DNA of 64,000 nt, from assembly GCA_905479655.1 (NCBI GenBank), contig CAJQNK010000076.1:331-64330 (forward strand), written 5' to 3'. The notes beneath the pieces were generated by a model that saw only the letters and a list, made by a program, of their open reading frames with translations, had not been told where the DNA came from and searched no databases. Source of the DNA: an uncultured bacterium. GTDB taxonomy: Bacteria > Acidobacteriota > Thermoanaerobaculia > Multivoradales > JAHEKO01. How positions within the stretch are numbered: position 1 is the first letter of the stretch; every line of letters begins with the position of its first letter. Position numbers and translations under genes: made by a program. Below, piece after piece: positions 9,632-18,643 of the stretch.

Positions 9632-10819
9632 TCAGTTGTCGAGGTAGCCGCCGCGGTGGCGCACCCGGACGCCCATGCCGCGCACCCGCACGTCGACATC
9701 GTGCCAGGAGCCGTCGTTGCGCGACCGCGACGGGTAGAACCCCAGCACGTACTGCTCACGCAGCTCGGCGATGATCTCGCGGAACGCCGGACCGATCTGC
9801 TCCGGTGAGCTCAGGATCTCCGCCCGGCCGCCACTGCGATTCACCGCCTGCTCCAGCATCTTGAACTCGTCCGCGTTGGCATCGCGATCGCGCCACGACG
9901 AGGAAAAGGAGGGGGGCTCGTCCCCGCCGGCCTCCTGGAGGTGGATCCAGTAGACCAGCGCGGAGCTCGTGCGAGCCTTCTTCACGACGGTGTCCATGGA
10001 CAGCGCGCTGTGGACGTCGGCGCCGTCCGAGAACAGAACGACGACCTTGCGACCCTGGCGCTCGTCCAGGAGGTCGAGGCTCATGTAGAGGAAGTCGTTG
10101 ACCGCGGTGCCACCATCCGCCGTGACGCCGTCGAGGGCCGCGACGAGCACGTCCTTCTCCGCGGTGAAGGGTACCGAACGGCGGAGTCGGTCCGAGAACA
10201 GGACGACCTTGGCCTCGTCGAGGCCGCGCATCCCTTCGATGAACGCCCGCGCGCCGCCCAGGGCCGAGTCGAGTCGCCCCCCCACCATGCTCTCGCTCAC
10301 GTCGAGCAGGAGCACCGCGGTGATGGGCACCTCACCCCGAGCGAACGTGACCAGCTTCTGGGAGACCCCGTCGTCGAGGACCTCGAAGTCTTCGGCGTTC
10401 AGCTCGAGGACGCGGCGGCCGCCGCGGGTGGCCGTGACGTAGAGCTGCTGCAGCTCGATGTCGATGGCATCGTCGACGGCGATCGCGGCGGTGCTGATCG
10501 TGGCGCCGGCCCGATCCCCGGACGCGGCGTAGGCCACGACGCGGAACTCGTGGTCCGCGTTCTCCTGGCCCACTTCCACGACCCGTTCCCAGGGGGGCAC
10601 CAGGGCCTCCGCCGCGAGACTGCCGTCGACGAAGAAGAGGACCTTCTCGACGGGCGCGTCGCCCGTGACCTCCGCGGCCACCGTCACCCGCCCGTGGACC
10701 GGCAGGCCGGGCGCCGGCTCGATGATCCGGACGGCCAGGTCCGCCGCGAAGGCCGTGCCCGAGACGAGGAGGAGGGCCGGCAGGAGGACCCCCGGCAGCC
10801 TACGCCGCAGCCACCTCAA
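9632..10819 (-). CDS. secreted von Willebrand factor A (VWA) domain protein
   Basis: VWA MIDAS-like LLLDVSESM, FSDGADVHS, C-terminal ELREQYVLGFYP..GSWHDVDVRV. This pattern is common in Acidobacteria-type VWA proteins. The proposed TTG start at 10819 overlaps the upstream stop (TTGA) and gives the signal peptide RWLRRRLPGVLLPALLLVSGTAFA. The longer track ORF upstream is Arg/Gly junk. Confidence 0.75.
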   Translation of the reverse strand: MRWLRRRLPGVLLPALLLVSGTAFAADLAVRIIEPAPGLPVHGRVTVAAEVTGDAPVEKVLFFVDGSLAAEALVPPWERVVEVGQENADHEFRVVAYAASGDRAGATISTAAIAVDDAIDIELQQLYVTATRGGRRVLELNAEDFEVLDDGVSQKLVTFARGEVPITAVLLLDVSESMVGGRLDSALGGARAFIEGMRGLDEAKVVLFSDRLRRSVPFTAEKDVLVAALDGVTADGGTAVNDFLYMSLDLLDERQGRKVVVLFSDGADVHSALSMDTVVKKARTSSALVYWIHLQEAGGDEPPSFSSSWRDRDANADEFKMLEQAVNRSGGRAEILSSPEQIGPAFREIIAELREQYVLGFYPSRSRNDGSWHDVDVRVRGMGVRVRHRGGYLDN

Positions 10820-11946
10820 GGTCCCGCCTCCGGGGCCGCGCTCTGCAGAGCGCCGGCCAGGACGACGAGCTGCTGGTCCCGGGAGACCGAGAGGTTGCCC
10901 CGGATCTCGTCGAGGAACCCGTGGGGCCAGACCGTGTAGCGGTAGCGCGGAGACTCCTGCGCGCTCTCCTCCTCCACCTGGTCGAGCTCCGTCAGCGCCA
11001 GCGCCGACAGACCCTGGAGGTCGCGCACCCAGGCCACCAGGACGGTGAGGCGCTGGTTGTACGGGTGGCGCTCGCGCGCCGCCATCAACAGGACCTCCGC
11101 GGCCTCCGGGTGCCCCTTGGCCACTTCGAGCTTCGCGAGCTCCTGGTAGGCGAGCACGGCGACCCAGTCGACCTGGTCCTCGTCCGCGAGCTTGCGCAGA
11201 TCCGCCTCGGCCCGCGCCAGCTCGCCCGCCCGCAGTCGGCACAGCGCCAGACGCAGCGCCACCTCCGGCGCGTCGGGGCGTCGGGCCCACGCCCTCTGGA
11301 GGTGCTCCTCGGCGTTCTCGTACTCGCCCCTCTTCTCGAACAGGCTCGCGAGCCCGAGGTGGGCCGCCTCGTTGGACGGGTCGAGCTCGAGAGCGTCAGC
11401 GAACAGGCGGGCGCTGGAGCTCAGCGACCAGCCGTCCTGCAGGTGCCCTCCGAGACTCGAGAGGTAGCGGCCGGCCATCTGCGGAGCGCCCGGATCCGGC
11501 GACTTCGCGGCGGTGAACCGGGCGAGCTCCGCCGTCATGTCGACCGAGTGCCGGGCGAGCAGCGGTTCGCCGAGCTCGCGGTAGTAGCGGTAGGCGTCGT
11601 GGTGGAGGGAGAGGATGGGGACGACGGCGCCCCACTGCTGGCTTCCGAGCAGGTCGCGGATGACCCCGAGCTTCGCCCGCCAGAGGATCTCGAGCGAGCG
11701 GGTCGGATGCTCCGGGTCCACCGCCGCCCGCTCGATCTCCGCGAGCTCCTGCAGCGCCGCCTCGCCCTGCCCCTCAGCCACCAGGTTCAGGACGCCGAGG
11801 TAGCGGAATCGGATGGCGTCGGGCTCGAGGACCGCGGCACGGGCCCCGGTCGTGAACCAAGGAGCGACAGCCAGGAGCAGGAGGAGGCACGAGACGTTGC
11901 GAACGCCTCGACAAACGCGCGTACGGGGAGAATTCTCTGTTTTCAT
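10816..11946 (-). CDS. secreted TPR-like repeat protein
   Basis: ATG at 11946 (MKTENSPRT..CLLLLLAVAPWFTTGARA signal peptide). Helical-repeat content (ALRLALCRLRAGELARAEADLRKLA..). Stop overlaps the VWA start. Confidence 0.6.
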   Translation of the reverse strand: MKTENSPRTRVCRGVRNVSCLLLLLAVAPWFTTGARAAVLEPDAIRFRYLGVLNLVAEGQGEAALQELAEIERAAVDPEHPTRSLEILWRAKLGVIRDLLGSQQWGAVVPILSLHHDAYRYYRELGEPLLARHSVDMTAELARFTAAKSPDPGAPQMAGRYLSSLGGHLQDGWSLSSSARLFADALELDPSNEAAHLGLASLFEKRGEYENAEEHLQRAWARRPDAPEVALRLALCRLRAGELARAEADLRKLADEDQVDWVAVLAYQELAKLEVAKGHPEAAEVLLMAARERHPYNQRLTVLVAWVRDLQGLSALALTELDQVEEESAQESPRYRYTVWPHGFLDEIRGNLSVSRDQQLVVLAGALQSAAPEAGP

Positions 11947-12053
11947 GGTCGGAGCGGAGTCTAGCGCCTGACTGCCGGCCGGGAACCCAGACGGGACGAG
12001 CCGCGCCAGCACGACGACGAACTCTACTCGACACTACCTCGCTCGTCCCGCCG

Positions 12054-12800
12054 TCAGAGGAACTCGCCGCCGTCGACCGGCAGGACGACCCCGGTCAGGA
12101 ATCGATTCGACAGCAGGTGGAGGGTCGCCTCGGCGATCGCCTCGGGCCCTCCGGGCCGCCCGAGCGGCACGTGCTCGGCGGCGAACTCGCGCAGCTCCTC
12201 GTCGCTCCCTCCGGGGGGCGGCAGGATGGCGCCCGGGGCGATCGCGTTGACCCGGATGCTCGGCGCGAGCTCCAGGGCGAGAGAGCCCGTCATCGAGGCG
12301 AGCGCGGCCTTCGTCATCCGGTAGGCCAGGTGGTCGGCGCCGTGGCGAGCCAGACGCGCGTCGAGGAGGTTGACGATCTGCCCCTCGGCGCTCGCGGGCA
12401 GAGCCTCCACGAAGGCGCGGCTCAGAAGGTAGGGCGCCCGCAGGTTGACCGCGAACTGCAGTTCCCAGCTCTCGGGGTCCGTCGTGGTGAGACCGCCGGG
12501 GAGGAACACGCCGGCGCTGTTGACGAGGATGGAGATCGGCTGCCCGAGAGCGGAGGCGGCGGCCGCCACCAGGCTGCGGGTCTCGCCCTCGTCGGCCAGG
12601 TCGGCGCGCACGGTGACCGCGTCGACGCCCGACGACACGGCCCGGGCGCGGGTCCGCCGGGCCTCCTCGCCGGAGCTCCGATAGTGGATGGCGACCGCGT
12701 GGCCCTCGCCGGCGAGCGCCAGCGCGACGGCGCGACCGATGCGGACGGCACCGCCCGTCACGAGGGCGGCGCCGGGGACCGGGGTCGCGGGCGACGTCAC
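12054..12800 (-). CDS. SDR-family oxidoreductase
   Basis: ALVTGGAVRIGRAVALAL (TGxxxxG Rossmann motif), NSAG, YxxxK (YRMTKAAL). Confidence 0.85.
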   Translation of the reverse strand: MTSPATPVPGAALVTGGAVRIGRAVALALAGEGHAVAIHYRSSGEEARRTRARAVSSGVDAVTVRADLADEGETRSLVAAAASALGQPISILVNSAGVFLPGGLTTTDPESWELQFAVNLRAPYLLSRAFVEALPASAEGQIVNLLDARLARHGADHLAYRMTKAALASMTGSLALELAPSIRVNAIAPGAILPPPGGSDEELREFAAEHVPLGRPGGPEAIAEATLHLLSNRFLTGVVLPVDGGEFL

Positions 12801-12964
12801 CGGGAGGGACTCGGGGTCGGGGTCGACGGCATGGACGACATGGGCGGCGTGGACGGCATGGACGGGATCGTTGGGGACGGGTCGGCGGACCCGGCGGAGC
12901 TCGTGTAGGATGCGCGACGACGCGACGAACGCGGCGCGAAGGGCAACCCCAAGGGAGTGCGACG

Positions 12965-13324
12965 ATGCTCACCTACCAGGCCTACAAGCTGATCCATCTC
13001 TTCGGGATCTTCCTCCTGCTCTCCTCGCTGGCCGGGCTCGCCGCCGCGACGTTCGCCGGCGCCGAGCAGAAGGTCCGGAAGCTGGTCCTCGCCGGCCACG
13101 GGATCGGCCTCTTCGTCATCCTCTTCGCCGGCTTCGGCCTGCTGGCGAAGATCGGCGCCTGGGTCGACACGTGGGTGCTGGGCAAGCTGGTGATCTGGTT
13201 CCTCCTGGGCGCCGCGCCGTTCGTGATCCGCAAGGCACGGGGCGCCGCCGGTTGGATCTTCTGGCTGCTGCCGGTGATCGCAGGGCTGGCTGCCTGGCTG
13301 GCACTCTACAAGCCCGGCGCCTGA
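12965..13324 (+). CDS. small integral membrane protein (4 predicted TM helices)
   Basis: 119 aa, hydrophobic helices, GGGAG RBS before the ATG. Confidence 0.6.
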   Translation: MLTYQAYKLIHLFGIFLLLSSLAGLAAATFAGAEQKVRKLVLAGHGIGLFVILFAGFGLLAKIGAWVDTWVLGKLVIWFLLGAAPFVIRKARGAAGWIFWLLPVIAGLAAWLALYKPGA

Positions 13325-13375
13325 GATCCCCAGCGCCTGAGGCCCTCACCGGTCTCGCTCCGCCCAGCTCTGCGC

Positions 13376-13555
13376 TCAGTCCGACCGGTCCACGCGGACC
13401 TGGGGGTCACCCCACTCGTCTCGACGTTCGATCACGAGCTTCCAGGGGTGGCAGCAGACCTCGCAGTCCTGGACCATCTCGCCCACCATGTCGACCGGCA
13501 TGGCGATCTCCACCCACTCGCCGCACCACGGACACTGCACCTCGTACTCTTCCAT
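13376..13555 (-). CDS. CPXCG-motif cysteine-rich small protein
   Basis: MEEYEVQCPWCGEWVEI..DCEVCCHPWKLVI. ATG at 13555. The rest of the 210-aa track ORF is unlikely to be coding. Confidence 0.6.
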   Translation of the reverse strand: MEEYEVQCPWCGEWVEIAMPVDMVGEMVQDCEVCCHPWKLVIERRDEWGDPQVRVDRSD

Positions 13556-13621
13556 GGTCTCCTCCCTCCTCTCGGCACCCTCTCCGAGAATAAACCAATC
13601 CGCACCCGGGTTGCAGGCCTC

Positions 13622-14071
13622 GTGGGTCCAGGAGACGAAGCAGGCGGCGAGGACGGCGCGCGCGGAGTCATCCTGTTCGACGGCTTTTGTCGTCTGTGCA
13701 GCGGCAGCGTGCGCTTCGTCTTCCGGCGCGACCCCGAGGGCCGCTTCCGCTTCGCTGCGCTCGACTCGGAGGTCGGGCGACGCCTGCTGGCCCGCTGCGG
13801 GGTGGTCCCCGAGACGACGGACAGTGTGGTCCTGGTCGAGCCCGGCCGCTGCTCGCTCCGCTCCACCGCCGCGCTCAGGATCTGTCGCGGCCTGCGCTTC
13901 CCGTGGCCGCTGCTGTCGCTCCTCCTCTTGATCCCTCCGCCTCTGCGAGACGCGCTCTACGACTTCGTCGCGCGCCGCCGACTCCGCTGGTTCGGCCGTC
14001 TCGACCAATGCTTCCTACCCGACGCCGAGCTCTCGCGCCGGTTCCTGGACGACGAAGAAGACGGTCGGTGA
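13622..14071 (+). CDS. DCC-family thiol-disulfide oxidoreductase (DUF393)
   Basis: VILFDGFCRLCSGSVRFVFRRD..FRFAALDS..ALYDFVARRRLRWFG. GTG at 13622 was chosen to avoid overlap with the convergent CPXCG gene. Confidence 0.65.
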   Translation: MGPGDEAGGEDGARGVILFDGFCRLCSGSVRFVFRRDPEGRFRFAALDSEVGRRLLARCGVVPETTDSVVLVEPGRCSLRSTAALRICRGLRFPWPLLSLLLLIPPPLRDALYDFVARRRLRWFGRLDQCFLPDAELSRRFLDDEEDGR

Positions 14072-14111
14072 GAGGGCCGGGTCAGGCCCGGCGCACCCTA
14101 TACTCGCCGTC

Positions 14112-15086
14112 GTGTCGGACGAAGTGACGGTCTTCGCCCCCGCCAGCGTCGGCAACGTCGCCGTGGGCTTCGACTCGCTGGGCCTGGCTCTCGAGGCGCC
14201 CGGCGATCGGGTGACCGCCCGCCGCGTCGACGAGCCGGGAGTACGGCTGGAGCGGGTGACCGGAGACCAGGGTCGGCTGCCCAGGGCGACCGGGGAGAAC
14301 TCGGCGTCGGTGGCCGCGCGAGCCGTCGTCGCGCGGCTCGGCGGCTCGGCGGGTCTTGTCCTGACCCTCGACAAGGGCCTGCCCCTCGCCAGCGGACTGG
14401 GCTCGAGCGGCGCCAGCGCCGTGGCCGGAGCCGTGGCCGCCGACCGGGTTCTGGGAACGTGCCTGGCACCGGAGGCGCTCCTCGCCTGCGCCATGGAAGG
14501 CGAGCGGGCCGCCTGCGGCAGTGCCCACGCCGACAACGTTGCGCCGTCGCTCCTGGGTGGCCTCGTGCTGGTCCGCGGCCAGCTCGGTCCCGGTCCGCCC
14601 GAGGCGATCCGGCTTCCCGTCCCGGCGGGCCTCACCGTGGCGGTGGCACGGCCGCACCTGGAGATCCTCACCGGCGAGTCGCGCTCCATCCTGCCCCGCA
14701 CGGTGCCGCTGGACCGGGCGGTGGCCTGGAGCGCGGACCTCGCCGCCCTCGTCGTCGCGCTCTTCCGGAGCGACCTGGCCCTGGTCGGGCGCTCGATCGT
14801 CGACCGGGTGGCCGAGCCGGTCCGCCTACCGAGGATCCGTGGCGGGGCCGCGGCTGTAAACGCCGCCCGCGAGGCCGGAGCGCTGGCGGCCAGCCTCTCG
14901 GGTTCGGGGCCGTCGCTGTTCGCTCTCTGCGCCGACCGGGACACGGCCCGCCGCGTCGTCCGGGCCATGACGAGCGCTCTCCACCGAAACGGCGTGGAGA
15001 GCGATCACTACCTGTCGACGGCGGACGCGCCCGGAGCCCGGGTGGTCGAGCCCCGCTCCGGAACCGACTCGACCCGCGGCGGATAG
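14112..15086 (+). CDS. thrB: homoserine kinase
   Basis: VFAPASVGNVAVGFDSLG and the GHMP-kinase motif PLASGLGSSGASAVAG. Confidence 0.85.
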   Translation: MSDEVTVFAPASVGNVAVGFDSLGLALEAPGDRVTARRVDEPGVRLERVTGDQGRLPRATGENSASVAARAVVARLGGSAGLVLTLDKGLPLASGLGSSGASAVAGAVAADRVLGTCLAPEALLACAMEGERAACGSAHADNVAPSLLGGLVLVRGQLGPGPPEAIRLPVPAGLTVAVARPHLEILTGESRSILPRTVPLDRAVAWSADLAALVVALFRSDLALVGRSIVDRVAEPVRLPRIRGGAAAVNAAREAGALAASLSGSGPSLFALCADRDTARRVVRAMTSALHRNGVESDHYLSTADAPGARVVEPRSGTDSTRGG

Positions 15087-16201
15087 CCGTTCCGGCGCCA
15101 GCGGGGCACCAGGATGCCGGCGGCCACCGCCAGAGCGACCTCCAGCAGGCCACAACCCGCGAACGCGACACCGAATCCCCACGTCTCGTAGGCCCAGCCC
15201 CCCAACAGGGGGCCCACCGCGAAGCCGAGGGATCCCGCCAGGTTGAAGCCGCCGATGGCGCTGCCACGGGTGCGCGGGTCGGCCAGCTGCGCGGTCAGGA
15301 GGATCGCCGGCGGGAACATGACCGCGGCGAACACGCCCAACCCGATCATCACCGGCCACAGCAGGTAGAGATCCGAGTAGCCGACAGCCATGAGCAGGAG
15401 ACCGTAGACCAGCGACCCCAGAATCAGGGGGCGGTAGGGTCCGACCCGCTCCGCCAGGCGTCCCGTGAACATCTGGAGCAGCGCGAACGGCACGAGGAAG
15501 AGCGACAGGTAACGCCCCCGGATCGCCGGGTCGTCGGCGCCGAGCGAGTCGATGTAGAGGGGGAAGACGACGACGAAGAGACCGACGGCGAGCCGGTCCA
15601 CGAAGTGGAAGACCATGGGCAGCGCCAGGCGGGGCCGGGAGCGCAGAGCCGTCACGATCTCCGAGATGCGGACGTGATGGCTCGAGACCCGCCCACCGCG
15701 CAACGCCAGGGCTCCCAGGGCCAGCACGAAGAACAGGACGGCCCCGGCCACCAACGGCGCCCGGGCGCCGAACCAGCGGGTGAGGTAGCCACCCACCGGC
15801 GCGCCGAGGGCCACGCCAAAGATCAGGGCGGCGCCCATCATCCCCATCGTGCGCCCGCGTCGACCTTGCTGCGGGTCGTCGAGGATGATGGCCATCACCG
15901 TCGACCAGCCCATGACCGAGAAGGCCCCCTGGACAAAACGCAGCCCCAGCAGCAGGTCGACCGAATGAACCCGCAGGAAGCTCGCGTAGAGAGCCGCCGA
16001 GCAGAGGAAGCCGACGACGACGAAGGGCTTGCGGACCTGCAACCGATCCGAGAGCAGGCCCCATAGGGGCGCGAACAGGATGTAGGCGACCGTCTCCACC
16101 GAGAAGAAGAGGGTCGCGTCCGTGATCGTCCCCCCCAGCTCGTCGAGGATCAGCTCCTTGAGCCCCGCCACCACCAGGGTCAGATTGAACATCGAGCCCA
16201 T
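15008..16201 (-). CDS. MFS transporter
   Basis: About 12 TM helices, GLLSDRLQVRKPFVVVG (MFS loop 2-3 motif). ATG at 16201; a slightly upstream GTG is possible. The 3' end overlaps thrB by 79 nt (convergent). Confidence 0.8.
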   Translation of the reverse strand: MGSMFNLTLVVAGLKELILDELGGTITDATLFFSVETVAYILFAPLWGLLSDRLQVRKPFVVVGFLCSAALYASFLRVHSVDLLLGLRFVQGAFSVMGWSTVMAIILDDPQQGRRGRTMGMMGAALIFGVALGAPVGGYLTRWFGARAPLVAGAVLFFVLALGALALRGGRVSSHHVRISEIVTALRSRPRLALPMVFHFVDRLAVGLFVVVFPLYIDSLGADDPAIRGRYLSLFLVPFALLQMFTGRLAERVGPYRPLILGSLVYGLLLMAVGYSDLYLLWPVMIGLGVFAAVMFPPAILLTAQLADPRTRGSAIGGFNLAGSLGFAVGPLLGGWAYETWGFGVAFAGCGLLEVALAVAAGILVPRWRRNGYPPRVESVPERGSTTRAPGASAVDR

Positions 16202-16385
16202 GAGGAGCAGGCATGGCAGGACCACGCCGCGCGCCGTTCCCAGGGCCTGCGGGGCAACTGGAGTCTGGGGGTGGGTGGATCCGGTCAAAGCTCCCTCGCT
16301 CCCGGGCCGGTCGCCCCGGGGCCAGCGGAGTCTAGCCGACAACCTCCCGGCCGCGAGCAAGCCCACCCAACGAAGTCGACAGACG

Positions 16386-16539
16386 GGTGCCGGACACGTT
16401 CCCGTTCTGTTCCCGGGTGCTGTTCCCGGGTGCCGGGCACGTTCCCGGAGTTGGGGTCGGAGTCGGTGCCAGACACGTTCCGGAGAATCGCCTCGAGTGC
16501 CGCCTCGAGTGCCAGGCACCGTACGAAGAGACCGTACGA
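16386..16539. repeat. intergenic cluster of short direct repeats (candidate operator array)
   Basis: Three copies of GGTGCCRGRCACGTTCC (16386, 16429, 16465). Perfect tandem CTGTTCCCGGGTG x2 (16407-16432). Perfect tandem CGCCTCGAGTGC x2 (16489-16512). ACCGTACGA x2 (16518, 16531). Confidence 0.7.
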
Positions 16540-16579
16540 GCGGACAACCTGGTGACGATCGCGGGCGTCGGGGACCACG

Positions 16580-16607
16580 AAAAAGGGACCGGGTGAGCCC
16601 CGGTCCC
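16580..16607 (-). terminator. rho-independent terminator after the 18-residue-repeat protein gene
   Basis: 9-bp GC stem GGGACCGGG/CCCGGTCCC (16585-16593 with 16599-16607). On the minus strand it is followed by TTTTT (16580-16584). Confidence 0.6.
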
Positions 16608-16652
16608 TTCCTGATGCCGTCACTGCGACGTCGAGTCGTGCCAGCCGCCCCG

Positions 16653-17408
16653 CTACCGCTTGATGCCGTTCTTCTCGCGGAACCTCTGCGGATCCTCCAG
16701 GTACTTCTGGTACACCCGATCGAGCTGGGCGTCGGTCAGGTCGCGGTGCTTCTGGGCGAACTGCCAGATGTCGCCGACGTGCTCCTTCTTGATGTTCGGG
16801 TGGGCATTGGCGAACTTCACCAACCGGGCCAGCTGGTCCTGCTGGAATCCGGGGTACATCGAGTGGAAGGCCATGAGCTGGGCGAGATCGTCCTGGCTGA
16901 AGCCCGGGTTCTCCGACTGGAACTTGACCAGACGCCCGAGGTCTTCGAGGGCGTAGTTCGGATAGCGCTCGTGCCACTCCATGAGCTGCACGAGCTCGTC
17001 CTGGTCGAAGCCGGGGTGCTCCTTGTTGAACGCCACCAGACGCCCCAGGTCCTCCAGCTCGTAGCCCGGGTAGCGAGCATGCCAATCGAGGAGCTGGGCC
17101 ATCTCCTCCTCGCTGTAGCCCGGGTGGGAGCTGACCCACTGGAACATCTGCCCGATGTCCTCGAGCTCCGTGCCCGAGTGGTTCTTGTGGAACTTGCCGA
17201 TTCGGCCCAGCTCCTCGGTCGTGTAGCTGGGATGGTCCTTCCAGAAGTTCCACAGGCGCTCCGCCTCGGGCTCGGTGAAGGTCGGGTAGGCGTCCCGGAA
17301 CCTCGTCACCCACTCCTCACGGCTGTACTCCCGGTCCTGGGCAACGGCGGGAAGGCTCAGCGCCAGCAGTAGAGCCAGCGCGATCAGGCATTGAGTCCGC
17401 TTTCTCAT
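16653..17408 (-). CDS. secreted protein built from about 11 tandem 18-residue helical repeats
   Basis: ATG at 17408 gives the signal peptide MRKRTQCLIALALLLALSLPAVAQ. Repeats follow the pattern [HY]PG[FY]xx[DE][DE]Lxx[LM]xx[FW]xxx (HPGYSEEEMAQLLDWHAR / YPGYELEDLGRLVAFNKE / HPGFDQDELVQLMEWHER ...). Confidence 0.7.
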   Translation of the reverse strand: MRKRTQCLIALALLLALSLPAVAQDREYSREEWVTRFRDAYPTFTEPEAERLWNFWKDHPSYTTEELGRIGKFHKNHSGTELEDIGQMFQWVSSHPGYSEEEMAQLLDWHARYPGYELEDLGRLVAFNKEHPGFDQDELVQLMEWHERYPNYALEDLGRLVKFQSENPGFSQDDLAQLMAFHSMYPGFQQDQLARLVKFANAHPNIKKEHVGDIWQFAQKHRDLTDAQLDRVYQKYLEDPQRFREKNGIKR

Positions 17409-17523
17409 CTCTCGGTCTCCTCTCCTCGAAGGACCCTCCGCGGAGGGCCGTCGGATTTCAGTAGGGATCACTCGCAACTCACCGAAGATGAACTGCAAGG
17501 CGAATGCCAGAACTAGGGACGAC

Positions 17524-18624
17524 CTAGTCCAGCAAGCGCTCGAGCGCGGCGAGCACCAGCGCCACGTTCCTCTCGCTCGAGGCGTGGCCCATGAGCCCGA
17601 TACGCCAGGCCTTCGCCTTGAATGCTCCGAGCCCGGCGCCGATCTCGATGCCGTACTCGTCGAGCAGACGTCGCCTCACCACAGCGTCGTCCGCTCCTTC
17701 GGGCACCTCGACCGCATTGAGCATCGGGAGCTCGTGTCCACTCTGGGTGACATACCCGATTCCGAGTTCGGCCAGACCCTCCCGCAGGCGGACGTGGTGG
17801 CGCCGATGGCGCTCGAACCGCGCCTCCAAGCCCTCCTCGAAGACGATCTCCAGGGCTTCGTCGAGCGCGTAGAGCATGTTGACGGGCGCCGTGTGGTGAT
17901 ACACGCGATCCTGGCCCCAGTAGCTGCGCAACAGGGTGAGATCGAGGTACCAGCTCTGCACCTTCCGCTCTCTGCGATCGAGCCGCGCGACCGCGCGCGA
18001 CGACAGGGTCACGGGCGCCAGACCGGGGGGGCAGGAGAGGCACTTCTGGGTTCCGCTGTAGGCGGCATCAACCCCCCACGCGTCCACCTCCACCGGCGCG
18101 CCGCCGAGACTGGTGACGCAGTCCAGGAGGAAGAGCGCGCCCACCTCGCGAGCGGCCTCTCCGATGCCGTCGAGGGGCTGATGCGCTCCCGTCGACGTCT
18201 CCGCGTGCACGAGCGCGACGACGTCCGGCCGCTCCTCCCGGATGCGGCGTACCACCTCCTCCGGATCGAAGACCCTCCCCCACGGAACCTCCATGCGGGA
18301 GACATCGGCGCCGCAGCGTTCGGCCACGTCGACCATCCGGCCCCCGAACACTCCGTTGACTCCGACGAGGGCCCGGTCTCCGGGCTCCAGAAGGTTGACG
18401 AACAGGGTCTCCATCCCGGCGGAGCCCGTGCCGCTGATCGCCAGCGTCATCGGGTTCTCCGTCTGGAAGAGACGCCGCAACTTGTCGCGCACGCCGTCCA
18501 TCAGCCGCAGGAAGACCGGGTCCAGATGCCCGACCGTCGGACGGCCCAGGGCTTCGAGCACGCGTGCCGGCACCTGGCTCGGCCCCGGGCCGAGGAGGAT
18601 TCGCTCAGGAATGAGGACGCTCAC
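17524..18624 (-). CDS. class-V aminotransferase (alanine-glyoxylate / serine-pyruvate type)
   Basis: [10 protein letters not shown] start, SGTQKCL PLP-lysine motif, 366 aa. Confidence 0.85.
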   Translation of the reverse strand: MSVLIPERILLGPGPSQVPARVLEALGRPTVGHLDPVFLRLMDGVRDKLRRLFQTENPMTLAISGTGSAGMETLFVNLLEPGDRALVGVNGVFGGRMVDVAERCGADVSRMEVPWGRVFDPEEVVRRIREERPDVVALVHAETSTGAHQPLDGIGEAAREVGALFLLDCVTSLGGAPVEVDAWGVDAAYSGTQKCLSCPPGLAPVTLSSRAVARLDRRERKVQSWYLDLTLLRSYWGQDRVYHHTAPVNMLYALDEALEIVFEEGLEARFERHRRHHVRLREGLAELGIGYVTQSGHELPMLNAVEVPEGADDAVVRRRLLDEYGIEIGAGLGAFKAKAWRIGLMGHASSERNVALVLAALERLLD

Positions 18625-18643
18625 GGGAAGGTTCCTCCTTCGA

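Noticed and set aside
15008-15086. 79-nt convergent overlap of thrB and the MFS gene as a regulatory antisense arrangement.
   Set aside because: Both tails are low-complexity extensions past the conserved domains. In GC-rich genomes, late stops commonly create such overlaps. There is no further evidence.
16386-16539. CRISPR array.
   Set aside because: The repeats are only 12-17 bp, irregularly spaced (36-43 nt or directly tandem) and of several different kinds. No cas genes are nearby.
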